A stretch of DNA of 61,890 nt, counting the filler. It is 8 parts of 8 records of this genome, joined end to end, with 100 filler letters (N's around TTAATTAATTAA, not from the genome) between each part and the next. Parts side by side here need not be neighbours in the genome. Positions count along the whole stretch, not along the records: positions 42,066 to 48,427 come from SRR31156797_21266; positions 48,528 to 55,835 come from SRR31156797_21294; 6 more parts are not named here. One strand, written 5' to 3'. This document shows, piece by piece, positions 42,968 through 51,968 of the stretch; within the stretch, counting starts at the first letter, position 1; each line of letters opens with the position of its first letter. Both the position numbers and the translations under genes were made by a program. The notes under the pieces were generated by a model. That model ran no database searches. It was not told where the DNA came from and saw nothing but the letters and a program-made list of their open reading frames with translations.

Positions 42968-43034
42968 TGGCGCAAAGTGTCAAAAGATTGGCTTTTTGGG
43001 TCAAGCATTAATCGCCTTCCCCGATTTAGTTTTG
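42968..43034 (+). promoter_or_regulatory. AraC-type direct-repeat operator and Bacteroidota -7 promoter element
   Basis: TGGCGCAAAGTGTCAA (42968) and TGGCTTTTTGGGTCAA (42989), 21-bp period; TAGTTTTG (TAnnTTTG) at 43027-43034. Confidence 0.6.
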
Positions 43035-43071
43035 CTGCATTAATAAAAACGTAAGTAAAATTTAATGCAAA

Positions 43072-43911
43072 ATGAGAAACAATATTTTAGTAATCGGCGG
43101 CACTGGTAAGACTGGTAGCCGTGTAGCAAAGAACTTATCACAATTAGGCCACAACGTAAGAATCGCAGGTAGAAAAACAAAGCCGGCATTTGATTGGGAA
43201 AACCCGGACAGCTTTGATGCTGCTTTAAAAGATATTGACAGAGCGTATATCGTATATTATCCTGATTTGGCTGTGCCTGGTTCAAAAAAGGCCATAAGCA
43301 CACTCACTGATAAAGCTTTAAAGGCAGGTGTAGATAAAGTGGTATTGCTTTCCGGCAAAGGAGAAACAGAAGCCGAAGCATGCGAGCAGATTGTTGCAGA
43401 TTCAGGCCTGAACTATACAATAGTGAGAGCTTCCTGGTTCAATCAGAATTTTAGTGAAGGTGCATTCTTGGAGTTTATACTAAATGGTACAGTTGCCCTG
43501 CCAATGCCGGAAGCAGAAATTCCGTTTGTTGATGCAGATGATATTGCCGGGGTAGTAGCAAAAGTTCTATTGGATGATTCCTACAATGGAAAAACTGTAA
43601 CCGTGACTGGGCCAAGGAAAATGACTTTCAGGGAGGCAGTAGAAACACTGGCTGCTGGGATAGGAAAGGAAATTCATTATCAGCCCATTTCTATCGGAGA
43701 ATTCAAAGATGGAATGAAAGCAGCCGGATTACCTGATTCGTATGTCTGGCTCTTTGGCTATCTGTTCGAAGAAGTTTTAGGAAATGCTGACAATCAGGTG
43801 GTGTCGCATGATGTGCAAAAGGTGCTGGGAAGGGATGCAACAGATTTCAGGGATTATGTTGCCAAAACACTGACAACAGGTGTTTGGAATCAGGAAGTAC
43901 ATATTCATTAA
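43072..43911 (+). CDS. NmrA-family NAD(P)-binding protein (atypical SDR)
   Basis: IGGTGKTG, FDWE, YYPDLAVPG, RASWFNQNFSEG, PFVDADDIA. Confidence 0.9.
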   Translation: MRNNILVIGGTGKTGSRVAKNLSQLGHNVRIAGRKTKPAFDWENPDSFDAALKDIDRAYIVYYPDLAVPGSKKAISTLTDKALKAGVDKVVLLSGKGETEAEACEQIVADSGLNYTIVRASWFNQNFSEGAFLEFILNGTVALPMPEAEIPFVDADDIAGVVAKVLLDDSYNGKTVTVTGPRKMTFREAVETLAAGIGKEIHYQPISIGEFKDGMKAAGLPDSYVWLFGYLFEEVLGNADNQVVSHDVQKVLGRDATDFRDYVAKTLTTGVWNQEVHIH

Positions 43912-43928
43912 ACATGATGATGATAAGT

Positions 43929-43966
43929 AAGTAGTAGCGGGATTAATAACCCAATACTACTTTTTT
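43929..43966 (+). terminator. Terminator-like hairpin after the NmrA gene
   Basis: AAGTAGTA..GGG-loop-CCC..TACTACTT followed by T run. Confidence 0.4.
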
Positions 43967-44021
43967 ACTTGTTCAGCAATCTGTCTTATTTTCAATTAAT
44001 TTAAAATCAAATACTAGCAGT

Positions 44022-44423
44022 ATGAAAAATCTAAATTTAATGCATGCAATAATTAGTTCCTTGTTCGTTTATGTCCTCGGGATCCTTGCCTATGTTGGGT
44101 CATATTTTGTGCCAATCATGGAGAATCCTGAACTTCAGGCCAATATTGTGTTAATGGCTGCTATCCTTCCTGCAGCTTACTTAGGAGCCTACCTTTACTA
44201 TCGCAGAGGATATACGACTCACGGGTTCCTAATAGGAGGGGTCATGTTTTCGAGTGCGATTGTACTCGATGCGATCATCACCGTCCCTGTATTCATTATA
44301 CCAAATGGTGGAAATCATCTCACATTCTTTGGAGATCCGGGTTTCTGGCTTATTGGTTTTGAATACGTGGCTGTTGTTGCCGCATACTGGAAATTAAAGG
44401 TGGCAAAACAAGCTCAGGCATAG
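44022..44423 (+). CDS. Small four-helix membrane protein (DUF5367-like)
   Basis: Hydrophobic segments; LDAIITVPVF..P.GG....FF.DPGFW. Confidence 0.6.
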   Translation: MKNLNLMHAIISSLFVYVLGILAYVGSYFVPIMENPELQANIVLMAAILPAAYLGAYLYYRRGYTTHGFLIGGVMFSSAIVLDAIITVPVFIIPNGGNHLTFFGDPGFWLIGFEYVAVVAAYWKLKVAKQAQA

Positions 44424-44498
44424 CTATGAGATAATTTCTTTCTTCGATTTTACTATAAAAACAGCTGTTTCAGGTATTTGGATTAAGAATATTTTAAT

Positions 44499-45380
44499 AT
44501 GATTAACAGAACAATAAAATATCCAACAGTCATTTTACTGCTTGCTTTGCTATTGTTTTTAAATGCCTGCAACAACAAAGAAAGTCTTTATCCGGGCCAA
44601 AAAGCACCAGGGTTAATCCCTGAGGCTTTTGCTCCGGGTATTGTTTGTACGGAAAATTATGAATATAGCGGCACCTTCACGCCGGATTTGAAGGAGTTCT
44701 ATTTTATACGCCAGGGCGGAAAGTATGAAGAAACTACTTTTGTTGTGCTAAAAAATAACAACAATATTTGGCAAGAATCTGTTGTATCCAAATGGGTTGG
44801 GCAGCCGGTTATCTCTCCGAATGGCAAAATCATGCACATTGGTAAGCGATATATGGAGCGTACCGAATCGGGATGGTCAGAATTAAAAGAACTTAAAGCT
44901 CCCTTTAATGATATCCCCATCATGCGCCTTTCATCTTCTGCCAATGGAACGTATTATTTTGATTCTTACTATAAGGAAAAGCCGGACTTCCCCATAAGGT
45001 ATTCGCGATTGGTAAATGGAGAGCACGAATTTCCTCGTGAGCTGGGAAAAACTATTAATTCCGGAATTAGATACCTGAACCATCCTTTTATTGCGCCCGA
45101 TGAATCCTATTTGCTTTGGGATGCAGTAAGAGAAGATGGTTATGGAAGTTCGGATATTTATATCAGCTTTAAGCAGAAAGATGCTTCATGGGGAGATGCT
45201 ATTAATTTGGGTGACAATATAAATACAACAGCCTGGGAGGCTTCAGCGTTTGTTACGCCCGATGGTAAATACCTTTTTTTCTCCAGAAATGTAGGGTCAG
45301 AAAACTATGAAAATGTTGACATTTATTGGGTGGATGCCCGAATAATTGAAAATCTAAAAAACAATCAAAATGATATTTAG
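44499..45380 (+). CDS. PD40/TolB-like beta-propeller lipoprotein
   Basis: Lipobox LNAC; GQKAPG..PEAFAPG, FTPD, HPFIAPDESYL, SDIYISF, VTPDGKYLFF. Confidence 0.8.
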   Translation: MINRTIKYPTVILLLALLLFLNACNNKESLYPGQKAPGLIPEAFAPGIVCTENYEYSGTFTPDLKEFYFIRQGGKYEETTFVVLKNNNNIWQESVVSKWVGQPVISPNGKIMHIGKRYMERTESGWSELKELKAPFNDIPIMRLSSSANGTYYFDSYYKEKPDFPIRYSRLVNGEHEFPRELGKTINSGIRYLNHPFIAPDESYLLWDAVREDGYGSSDIYISFKQKDASWGDAINLGDNINTTAWEASAFVTPDGKYLFFSRNVGSENYENVDIYWVDARIIENLKNNQNDI

Positions 45381-45822
45381 AAAGGCAACAACCAAAGATC
45401 TGAGTATAATTGTAAAAATGATGGCCGATGATAAGCTGGGTCAAACAAGAGAAATCTATCAGGAACCTTTGCCTTTGGAATATCATTCAGCATACGAAAG
45501 AATAGACAAAGATCCAAATCAGGAGCTTATAGTTGTTGAGAATAATGATTCTGAAATTATTGGAACCATGCAGTTAACATTTATTCAATATCTAACGTAT
45601 CGTGGCGGATTGCGAGCTCAAATAGAAGCTGTAAGAATAAGAAAGGATAAAAGAGGAAACGGAATTGGGAAAATGATGTTTGAATGGGCAGTAAACAGAG
45701 CAAAAGAACGGAACGCCCATTTGCTGCAATTAACTACTGATAAAACCAGACACAATGCCATTCAATTTTATAAGGATATCGGCTTTAAATCTACTCATGA
45801 GGGAATGAAAATGCATTTTTAA
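45370..45822 (+). CDS. GNAT-family N-acetyltransferase
   Basis: IEAVRI..RGNGIG acetyl-CoA motif, LQLTTDK.R..A..FY..GF..HEGMK. Confidence 0.9.
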   Translation: MIFRKATTKDLSIIVKMMADDKLGQTREIYQEPLPLEYHSAYERIDKDPNQELIVVENNDSEIIGTMQLTFIQYLTYRGGLRAQIEAVRIRKDKRGNGIGKMMFEWAVNRAKERNAHLLQLTTDKTRHNAIQFYKDIGFKSTHEGMKMHF

Positions 45823-45899
45823 ATAAAAAATCCATTAACATTAAAACCATGCACAAGACGACCCGTTTTATAAAACCGACAGTATTAATCAAAAAAAAT

Positions 45900-47393
45900 A
45901 TGAATAAATCAATACCGATAATCATAAGTTTATTTCTCATTATCTATTTTGATGGAACAGCACAAAATCAGTTTGCCAGTGAAACCTTCAATACTCGAAT
46001 TGATAACTATCTTATCAGCAGCGTTGAGAACGGATACTCCGGAAGTATTCTTGTTGCAAAAGATGGTGAAATTTTTTTATCAAAAGGATATGGATGGGCT
46101 GATAAATCAAAGAAAATTCCAAACCTACCCACAACGGTATTCAATATTGGTTCTGTTACAAAACAGTTTACTGCTGCTGCCATTTTAAAACTTCAGGAAC
46201 TTAATAAGCTCAGCACATCTGATAAGATTGAAAAGTATTTTCCTCATTCGCCTTCCAATAAAAAAAACATTACCATACATCAGTTGCTTACCCACACAAG
46301 CGGAATACCCCCACAAACCGGTGGATTTAGATACAATGAAGCAACGAAAGAGCAGTTTTTAGAGGAATTCTTTCAGGCCGAATTAATGTACAATCCAGGT
46401 ACAAAACATACCTATGCCAATGCAAACTACATTTTATTGGCAGCTATTATTGAGGAGGTAACTAAGCAGGATTATGAATCTTTTTTACAGAAAAATTTTT
46501 GGAACCCATTGCAAATGAACCATACCGGTTACAAAAAAATAAATTATGCCAATGATCAATTGGCTCATGGTTATTATTTCAATTATACGGATGGCGAATG
46601 GAAAGACTGGGGAACAACACCGGAACATTTATCTTTTGGTAATAATCATTGGTATAGTATTGGAAAAGGCGACATATATTCTACAACAGAAGATTTATAT
46701 AAATGGCATTTAGCGTTGGAATTGAATAAAGTGCTAAAAGCAGAAACAAAACATTTAATGGAAGCAGCATACGTGCCTGAGAATGATAAAGAAACATCAT
46801 TTTATGGGTATGGTTGGGCAATATTTAATTCTTCAGCCAACACGAAAATTGTATCGCATAATGGTAGCAACGGAATTTATTTTGCTGATTTTATAAGGTT
46901 TGTGGAAGATGATATTGTAATAATTGTTTTGTCAAATGTAATTTTAAACCAACAATCAGAGAATGCAGCCTGGGAAATTGCCTCAATGCTTAATGATGGA
47001 AACTATCAGCCTCAACCAATACCTAAAAATACTTACGAGCTTGTTTTTGATTTTATGAGAGCTAACTCGCCTGGGCTTTCTAACCAATTGCCACAATTCA
47101 TTAAAGAAAAAACAGGAACATCAATTAATGATAAGGCAATTCTTAATAGAATTGGATTTAAACAGATTTCAGAAAATAAAGATACCGATTGGGGAATTGC
47201 ACTGTTAAAGTTGAATACAAGCCTTTTCCCCGGCGATGGTAATCTTTGGGATTCTCTGGGCGAAGCATATTTTTTACTTAACGATAAGGATAGTGCCATT
47301 GAGAGTTTCGAAAAAGCATTAGCGCTTAAATCTGAAGGAAACTGCCATTGGTGCGATAATTCAACAAAACGTTTACAAGCATTAAAAGATTAA
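45900..47393 (+). CDS. Secreted beta-lactamase-fold serine hydrolase with C-terminal TPR
   Basis: SVTK (SxxK), LLTHTSG, YAN (YxN), HNG; NLWDSLGEAY..A...FEKAL TPR. ATG at 45900 gives a signal peptide. Confidence 0.88.
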   Translation: MNKSIPIIISLFLIIYFDGTAQNQFASETFNTRIDNYLISSVENGYSGSILVAKDGEIFLSKGYGWADKSKKIPNLPTTVFNIGSVTKQFTAAAILKLQELNKLSTSDKIEKYFPHSPSNKKNITIHQLLTHTSGIPPQTGGFRYNEATKEQFLEEFFQAELMYNPGTKHTYANANYILLAAIIEEVTKQDYESFLQKNFWNPLQMNHTGYKKINYANDQLAHGYYFNYTDGEWKDWGTTPEHLSFGNNHWYSIGKGDIYSTTEDLYKWHLALELNKVLKAETKHLMEAAYVPENDKETSFYGYGWAIFNSSANTKIVSHNGSNGIYFADFIRFVEDDIVIIVLSNVILNQQSENAAWEIASMLNDGNYQPQPIPKNTYELVFDFMRANSPGLSNQLPQFIKEKTGTSINDKAILNRIGFKQISENKDTDWGIALLKLNTSLFPGDGNLWDSLGEAYFLLNDKDSAIESFEKALALKSEGNCHWCDNSTKRLQALKD

Positions 47394-47395
47394 AA

Positions 47396-47899
47396 ATGAA
47401 TACAATAATTTTAATTATTACAACAGTATTTTCAGGCCTTATGGCCGGGTTATTTTATGCATGGTCGATTTCGGTTACGCCGGGATTAGCCAAAATTGAT
47501 GATGCTTCTTACCTCCGGGCATTTCAGTCGATGAACAGGGCAATTTTGAACCCTTTGTTTTTTATTGTCTTTTTTGGTTTGGTGATTTTGCTTCCCATGC
47601 TCAGTTATTTTTCATATCAAAATTCAACCGGCTATCAGTTTTGGTATGTTATTTTAGCTACCATGCTCTATTTTGTCGGAATAATGGGGGTAACCATTGG
47701 AGGTAACATTCCTTTGAATAATGCACTTGAGGCATTACAAATTGAATCTATGACACCAGAGCAAATGGATGTTTTCAGAAAGGGTTTTGAAAGCAAATGG
47801 AATCGTTTAAACCATATTCGTACAGTCAGTTCAATCCTTACGTTTTTATTGCTGGTAATAGCATGTATCCGTGAGTTCTATCATATCAATTACTTTTAA
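47396..47899 (+). CDS. DUF1772/anthrone oxygenase-family membrane protein
   Basis: GLMAGLFYAWS..V.PGL, FQSMNRAILNP, NIPLNNAL, FE.KWN..NHIRT. Confidence 0.85.
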   Translation: MNTIILIITTVFSGLMAGLFYAWSISVTPGLAKIDDASYLRAFQSMNRAILNPLFFIVFFGLVILLPMLSYFSYQNSTGYQFWYVILATMLYFVGIMGVTIGGNIPLNNALEALQIESMTPEQMDVFRKGFESKWNRLNHIRTVSSILTFLLLVIACIREFYHINYF

Positions 47900-47915
47900 C
47901 ATAAAACCAAAAGTT

Positions 47916-48284
47916 ATGGGAATCGCAGCAGGGATAATTATCATCTTGATAAGTATCGCTCACCATATTTATGGCGAAAAAAAGCAAGTACCCGAACTGA
48001 AAAAGGTAACCAATGATTCTATTATGATAGGCTCCTTGAGAATTATGATTTTTCAGGGAGGAATGCTGTTATTTGCCGTTGGGATAATTCAAGTTTTAGT
48101 ATCAGCTGATATCATTCAATTGCCCGGAATTTCGGCATATTTTCCGGTAGGTATTGTTTTTATCAACTTCATCACGAGTTTGATGATTGCAGGGCTTTTC
48201 CATCGGGAAGTTTTTAAAGTCACGATTCCTCAATTTGTTGTTTTCTCCATAATTATCCTTATGCAATGTCTATCATTATTTTGA
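47916..48284 (+). CDS. Hypothetical membrane protein
   Basis: Four hydrophobic segments, AHHIYGE; ATG at 47916 preferred. Confidence 0.6.
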   Translation: MGIAAGIIIILISIAHHIYGEKKQVPELKKVTNDSIMIGSLRIMIFQGGMLLFAVGIIQVLVSADIIQLPGISAYFPVGIVFINFITSLMIAGLFHREVFKVTIPQFVVFSIIILMQCLSLF

Positions 48285-48427
48285 AATATCAGGATTCTGG
48301 ATGGTAGATTTTTCAACCGCGATGCCGAAAAACAGATTTGTCAAAACAGTGCCGGTAAATAATTAAATTTGCCATGCATGATTTCGAAACAAATAAAAGC
48401 CGGGTTCCTTTTCGCAAAGTCCCGACA

Positions 48428-48527
48428 NNNNNNNNNNNNNNNNNNNNNNNNNNNNNNNNNNNNNNNNNNNNTTAATTAATTAANNNNNNNNNNNNNNNNN
48501 NNNNNNNNNNNNNNNNNNNNNNNNNNN
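48428..48527. other. Artificial contig linker
   Basis: N44-TTAATTAATTAA-N44. Confidence 0.99.
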
Positions 48528-49106
48528 AATATTATGCATGAACTTAAAACCCCTATTACGAAAGGAAGTCTCATAAGTGATATGATGATTGATGGAAAAC
48601 ACAAAGAGACATTAAAAAAAGTTTTTCTAAGACTTCAGTACCTTTTACAAGAGTTTGCTAAGATAGAACAGCTTACTTCTAATAATATAGAACTCTGTAA
48701 AAAAGAGTATCGAGTGATAGATATAGTAGATCAAGCAATCGATATTCTGCTCATTGATAAAGAGAAAATTGAGTTTGATGTACAACAACACCTTCTTATA
48801 AATGTTGATTTTAGTCTTTTCTCTTTAGCTTTAAAAAATCTTATAGATAATGGAATCAAATATGGGAAATCGCCTGTGTTTATTGAATTATCTGATAATA
48901 TAATTTATATTAAAACAAAAGGCGAGAAACTTAAAAAAGAGTTTGAAGAATATCTACGACCTTTTAACAGAGATTATGAAACTAGTACACAAAGTCTAGG
49001 ACTTGGATTATATATTGTGAACAGTATTTTAAAACTTCATGGATTAAAACTTGAATATAAATATGAAAATGAACATAACACTTTCTTCATAGAGTTTAAA
49101 AAGTAA
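48528..49106 (+). CDS. ArsS/CprS-like sensor histidine kinase, 5'-truncated
   Basis: H-box IMHELKTPITKG, N-box KNLIDNGIKY, G-box LGLGLYIV. Confidence 0.9.
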   Translation, partial: NIMHELKTPITKGSLISDMMIDGKHKETLKKVFLRLQYLLQEFAKIEQLTSNNIELCKKEYRVIDIVDQAIDILLIDKEKIEFDVQQHLLINVDFSLFSLALKNLIDNGIKYGKSPVFIELSDNIIYIKTKGEKLKKEFEEYLRPFNRDYETSTQSLGLGLYIVNSILKLHGLKLEYKYENEHNTFFIEFKK

Positions 49107-49112
49107 CTCTTT

Positions 49113-49144
49113 GTTACACCTTATTTACTTATAAGTATTATAGT
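49113..49144 (+). promoter_or_regulatory. Promoter with OmpR-type direct repeat
   Basis: GTTAC-N6-TTTAC, 10 nt, then TATAGT. Confidence 0.55.
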
Positions 49145-49171
49145 TAGATAGAAAAAACAAAGGTGTATACT

Positions 49172-49405
49172 ATGGATGATATTTTAATTAATAAGTTTAA
49201 AAAACTACTGAATCTCAATCGAAATGTTTGTTTTCAAAAAATACTCAAAACACAAGATGGGATACTTATAGAAAATACAAATCAACATATTAGTAATATC
49301 GTACCAATAAAAGAGATTTGTGATATTGAAGAGAAACTTACCCCTTATCAAAATCTCATCACTATCAAATCAAACTTTGATTTTATCTTAATTATGATCA
49401 AATAA
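49172..49405 (+). CDS. Hypothetical protein
   Basis: ATG after AAAGGTG RBS; no recognisable motif. Confidence 0.5.
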   Translation: MDDILINKFKKLLNLNRNVCFQKILKTQDGILIENTNQHISNIVPIKEICDIEEKLTPYQNLITIKSNFDFILIMIK

Positions 49406-49433
49406 ATATCTTTTTTTATTATTTTTATATTTT

Positions 49434-49466
49434 GTTTACTTCCTGTTTACTTATAATAGATATACT
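49434..49466 (+). promoter_or_regulatory. Promoter with OmpR-type direct repeat
   Basis: GTTTACTT-CCT-GTTTACTT (11-bp period), 10 nt after the second TTTAC, then TATACT. Confidence 0.65.
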
Positions 49467-49499
49467 ACATTTATACAAAATTAAGAAAAGGGGCATACC

Positions 49500-50450
49500 A
49501 TGAATGTATCAAGTACAAGTTACTCAAACGAGATGTTTCAACAGATGCAACAAATGCAAAGAAAAGAGCCACCAAGCGCTACAGAACTTACTTCACAAGT
49601 GTTTGAAACCAGTGATAGTAATGAAGATGGATTATTAAGTATTGATGAGTTGGGATTAGATGAAGAAACATTTAGTTCTATGGATAATGATGGGGATGGG
49701 TCACTCTCCTCTAGTGAACTACAAACAAGTATCTCTTCTCAACTAACAAGTATGAAAGATAAAAATATCTCACCACAAGAGTTTGGAGAGTATCTCACAA
49801 GCCTTGGTCTAGAAGTTCCACCTCCTCCAGGACAACAAAATGCATCAAATCTTGCTAATAATATTTTCAATTCAAGAGACACAGATGAAGATGGATTATT
49901 AAGTCTTGATGAGCTTGGTATCGATGAAGAACTATTTAATACCATGGATAGTGATGGTGATGGAAAGATCAACCAAGAGGAGCTTGAAGAGAAATTAATT
50001 TCTCTTCGTGAAGATGTAAAAAGTGGGGAGATTGAGCAAAGTGAATTTGAAGAAACACTTTCAGCTCTTGGCGTTGAAGCCCCTTCATCTAATGAAGCAA
50101 GTATAGCAGCAGGTGGTGGTGGAGCCCCTATGGGTGGCGGTGGATCCTCTGAAGAGGAATATGAAGAAGCTGATACAAATCAAGATGGTACAGTCTCAGC
50201 AGCTGAATATGCAGCATATTATGGAAGTGCTAGTGAAGAGGAGATGAATCAATATACACTTGATCTAGTTTCATCACTATTAACTGCAATAAAAGAAGAA
50301 TCTAATGCAAATGGATCTGAAAATGAGATGGAACTCTCTTCTTTTAAAGATATTATGAAAATGATGAACAATCAGTTTCAAGAACCAAATAGAGCAAATG
50401 AACTTAATACATTTGTATCAAATCTAGACCTAGGTCGTAGATCAGCATAA
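49500..50450 (+). CDS. Acidic multi-EF-hand calcium-binding protein
   Basis: Five loops: DSNEDGLLSIDE, DNDGDGSLSSSE, DTDEDGLLSLDE, DSDGDGKINQEE, DTNQDGTVSAAE. Confidence 0.88.
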   Translation: MNVSSTSYSNEMFQQMQQMQRKEPPSATELTSQVFETSDSNEDGLLSIDELGLDEETFSSMDNDGDGSLSSSELQTSISSQLTSMKDKNISPQEFGEYLTSLGLEVPPPPGQQNASNLANNIFNSRDTDEDGLLSLDELGIDEELFNTMDSDGDGKINQEELEEKLISLREDVKSGEIEQSEFEETLSALGVEAPSSNEASIAAGGGGAPMGGGGSSEEEYEEADTNQDGTVSAAEYAAYYGSASEEEMNQYTLDLVSSLLTAIKEESNANGSENEMELSSFKDIMKMMNNQFQEPNRANELNTFVSNLDLGRRSA

Positions 50451-50478
50451 GGTAACTTTAGTTTTTCACTATATTCAT

Positions 50479-50510
50479 AAAAAAAGGCTGCTATATTAGC
50501 AGCCTTTTTT
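50479..50510. terminator. Bidirectional Rho-independent terminator
   Basis: A7-GGCTGCTA-TAT-TAGCAGCC-T6 between convergent genes. Confidence 0.9.
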
Positions 50511-50531
50511 ATTGCCTAATCTTTTGAAAGA

Positions 50532-51098
50532 TTATGAAGCCATTTTTGCCTTAGCTTCATTTGCATACTTAGTACCAAGCTCAAAAGCTTTTAAGTTTGC
50601 TTCATGTACTTTTTGTGGTACTTTTGAAAGCATAACAGATTTTAAATGCTCAGGCTCAATCGCATCCATTAAAGTATTAGCAATTGATAATGCAATAACA
50701 GATTGAGTAAGAACTAGTCCAACTTCCTCTTTTGCAATTGTAATAATAGGAATTTTAATAATATTCCATTTTTTCATATCTTCTTCAGTTGGAGTAATAA
50801 GGTTTGGATCAATTACAATTGTTCCTCCTGGAGTTACCCCATCTTTAAATAGATCATATGACTTTTGTGCAACAGATAACATAAAATCGATCTCACCGTC
50901 ATTTGCATATGGGTAGAAGATCTCATCATCATCTAAAGTGATATCAACAACTGTTGGACCACCTCTTACTTGTGATGTATATGTTGCAGTTTTAAGTCCG
51001 TATCCACCAAGTTTAATCTTTGCAGCTGCAAAAATCTCACCAGCAAGAAGAACACCTTGCCCACCAACACCTGTAAATCTCATTAATGTTCTAGCCAT
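50532..51098 (-). CDS. oorC: 2-oxoglutarate:acceptor oxidoreductase gamma subunit
   Basis: GVGGQGVLLAG, YTSQVRGGPT, ANLKAFELG. Confidence 0.93.
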   Translation of the reverse strand: MARTLMRFTGVGGQGVLLAGEIFAAAKIKLGGYGLKTATYTSQVRGGPTVVDITLDDDEIFYPYANDGEIDFMLSVAQKSYDLFKDGVTPGGTIVIDPNLITPTEEDMKKWNIIKIPIITIAKEEVGLVLTQSVIALSIANTLMDAIEPEHLKSVMLSKVPQKVHEANLKAFELGTKYANEAKAKMAS

Positions 51099-51109
51099 AG
51101 TGTATCTCC

Positions 51110-51967
51110 TTATATCTTTTTCTCGAAGTCATCTTGTGTGATCTTCGCTCGTTTTCCTTGATGTACTGCTTTAATATCTTCATACATATCACAATACTCT
51201 CTTGCAACTTCATCATGTTTTAATACACCAGTAGGGAAAATATTTAATTGCTCTTCTTCTGAAAGTTTTTCATATTTTGTTAATGGCATAGTAATAGAAT
51301 CGATCCAGTCAAGATTTTCCATCGCTGATTGCATTTTATTCTTTCTACCAAGGTTAATATGACAGTTAGACATAATATCAAAGAAAGAGAATCCTCTATG
51401 TTCAAAACCTTTTACTAGGATTTTTTCAAGTTTCTTAGGATCAAGCATAGTCTCACGTGCCACAAATGAAGCTCCACAAGCCTTAATAACTTCACACGCA
51501 TCAAAAGTTGGGTCAATATTACCCGCTTTTTGAGAAACTGTCCACATCCCTTGAGGAGTTGTTGGAGAAGTTTGTGAATTTGTAAGACCATAGATAAAGT
51601 TATTGATCATAATAAAATTAATATCAATATTTCTTCTAGCCGCATGGATCGTATGGTTTCCACCGATCGCCATAGCATCACCATCTCCAGCTACACAAAT
51701 TACGTGCTTGTCAGGGTTTGCTAATTTGATACCTGTAGCAAATGCAACTGTTCTACCATGAGTAGTGTGAACCGTATTAAAATCTACATAAGAAGAGAAT
51801 CTTCCTGAACATCCAATACCAGAAACAACACACACATCATCTTGCTTCCATCCACACTTCTCGATTGCTCTAATAACAGCTTTTAAAATAACACCGTCAC
51901 CACATCCCCAACACCAAAGTGTTGGCATCTTTTCAAGTCTTAAATATTTATCATAATTATAAGCCAT
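51110..51967 (-). CDS. oorB: 2-oxoglutarate:acceptor oxidoreductase beta subunit
   Basis: WCWGCG, SGIGCS, GDGD..NN TPP motif; true start MAYNYDKYLR at 51967. Confidence 0.94.
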   Translation of the reverse strand: MAYNYDKYLRLEKMPTLWCWGCGDGVILKAVIRAIEKCGWKQDDVCVVSGIGCSGRFSSYVDFNTVHTTHGRTVAFATGIKLANPDKHVICVAGDGDAMAIGGNHTIHAARRNIDINFIMINNFIYGLTNSQTSPTTPQGMWTVSQKAGNIDPTFDACEVIKACGASFVARETMLDPKKLEKILVKGFEHRGFSFFDIMSNCHINLGRKNKMQSAMENLDWIDSITMPLTKYEKLSEEEQLNIFPTGVLKHDEVAREYCDMYEDIKAVHQGKRAKITQDDFEKKI

Positions 51968-51968
51968 T

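Noticed and set aside
45900-47393. Antibiotic-resistance class C beta-lactamase
   Set aside because: SxxK/YxN/HNG plus TPR fits the broad serine hydrolase family; resistance cannot be inferred from sequence.
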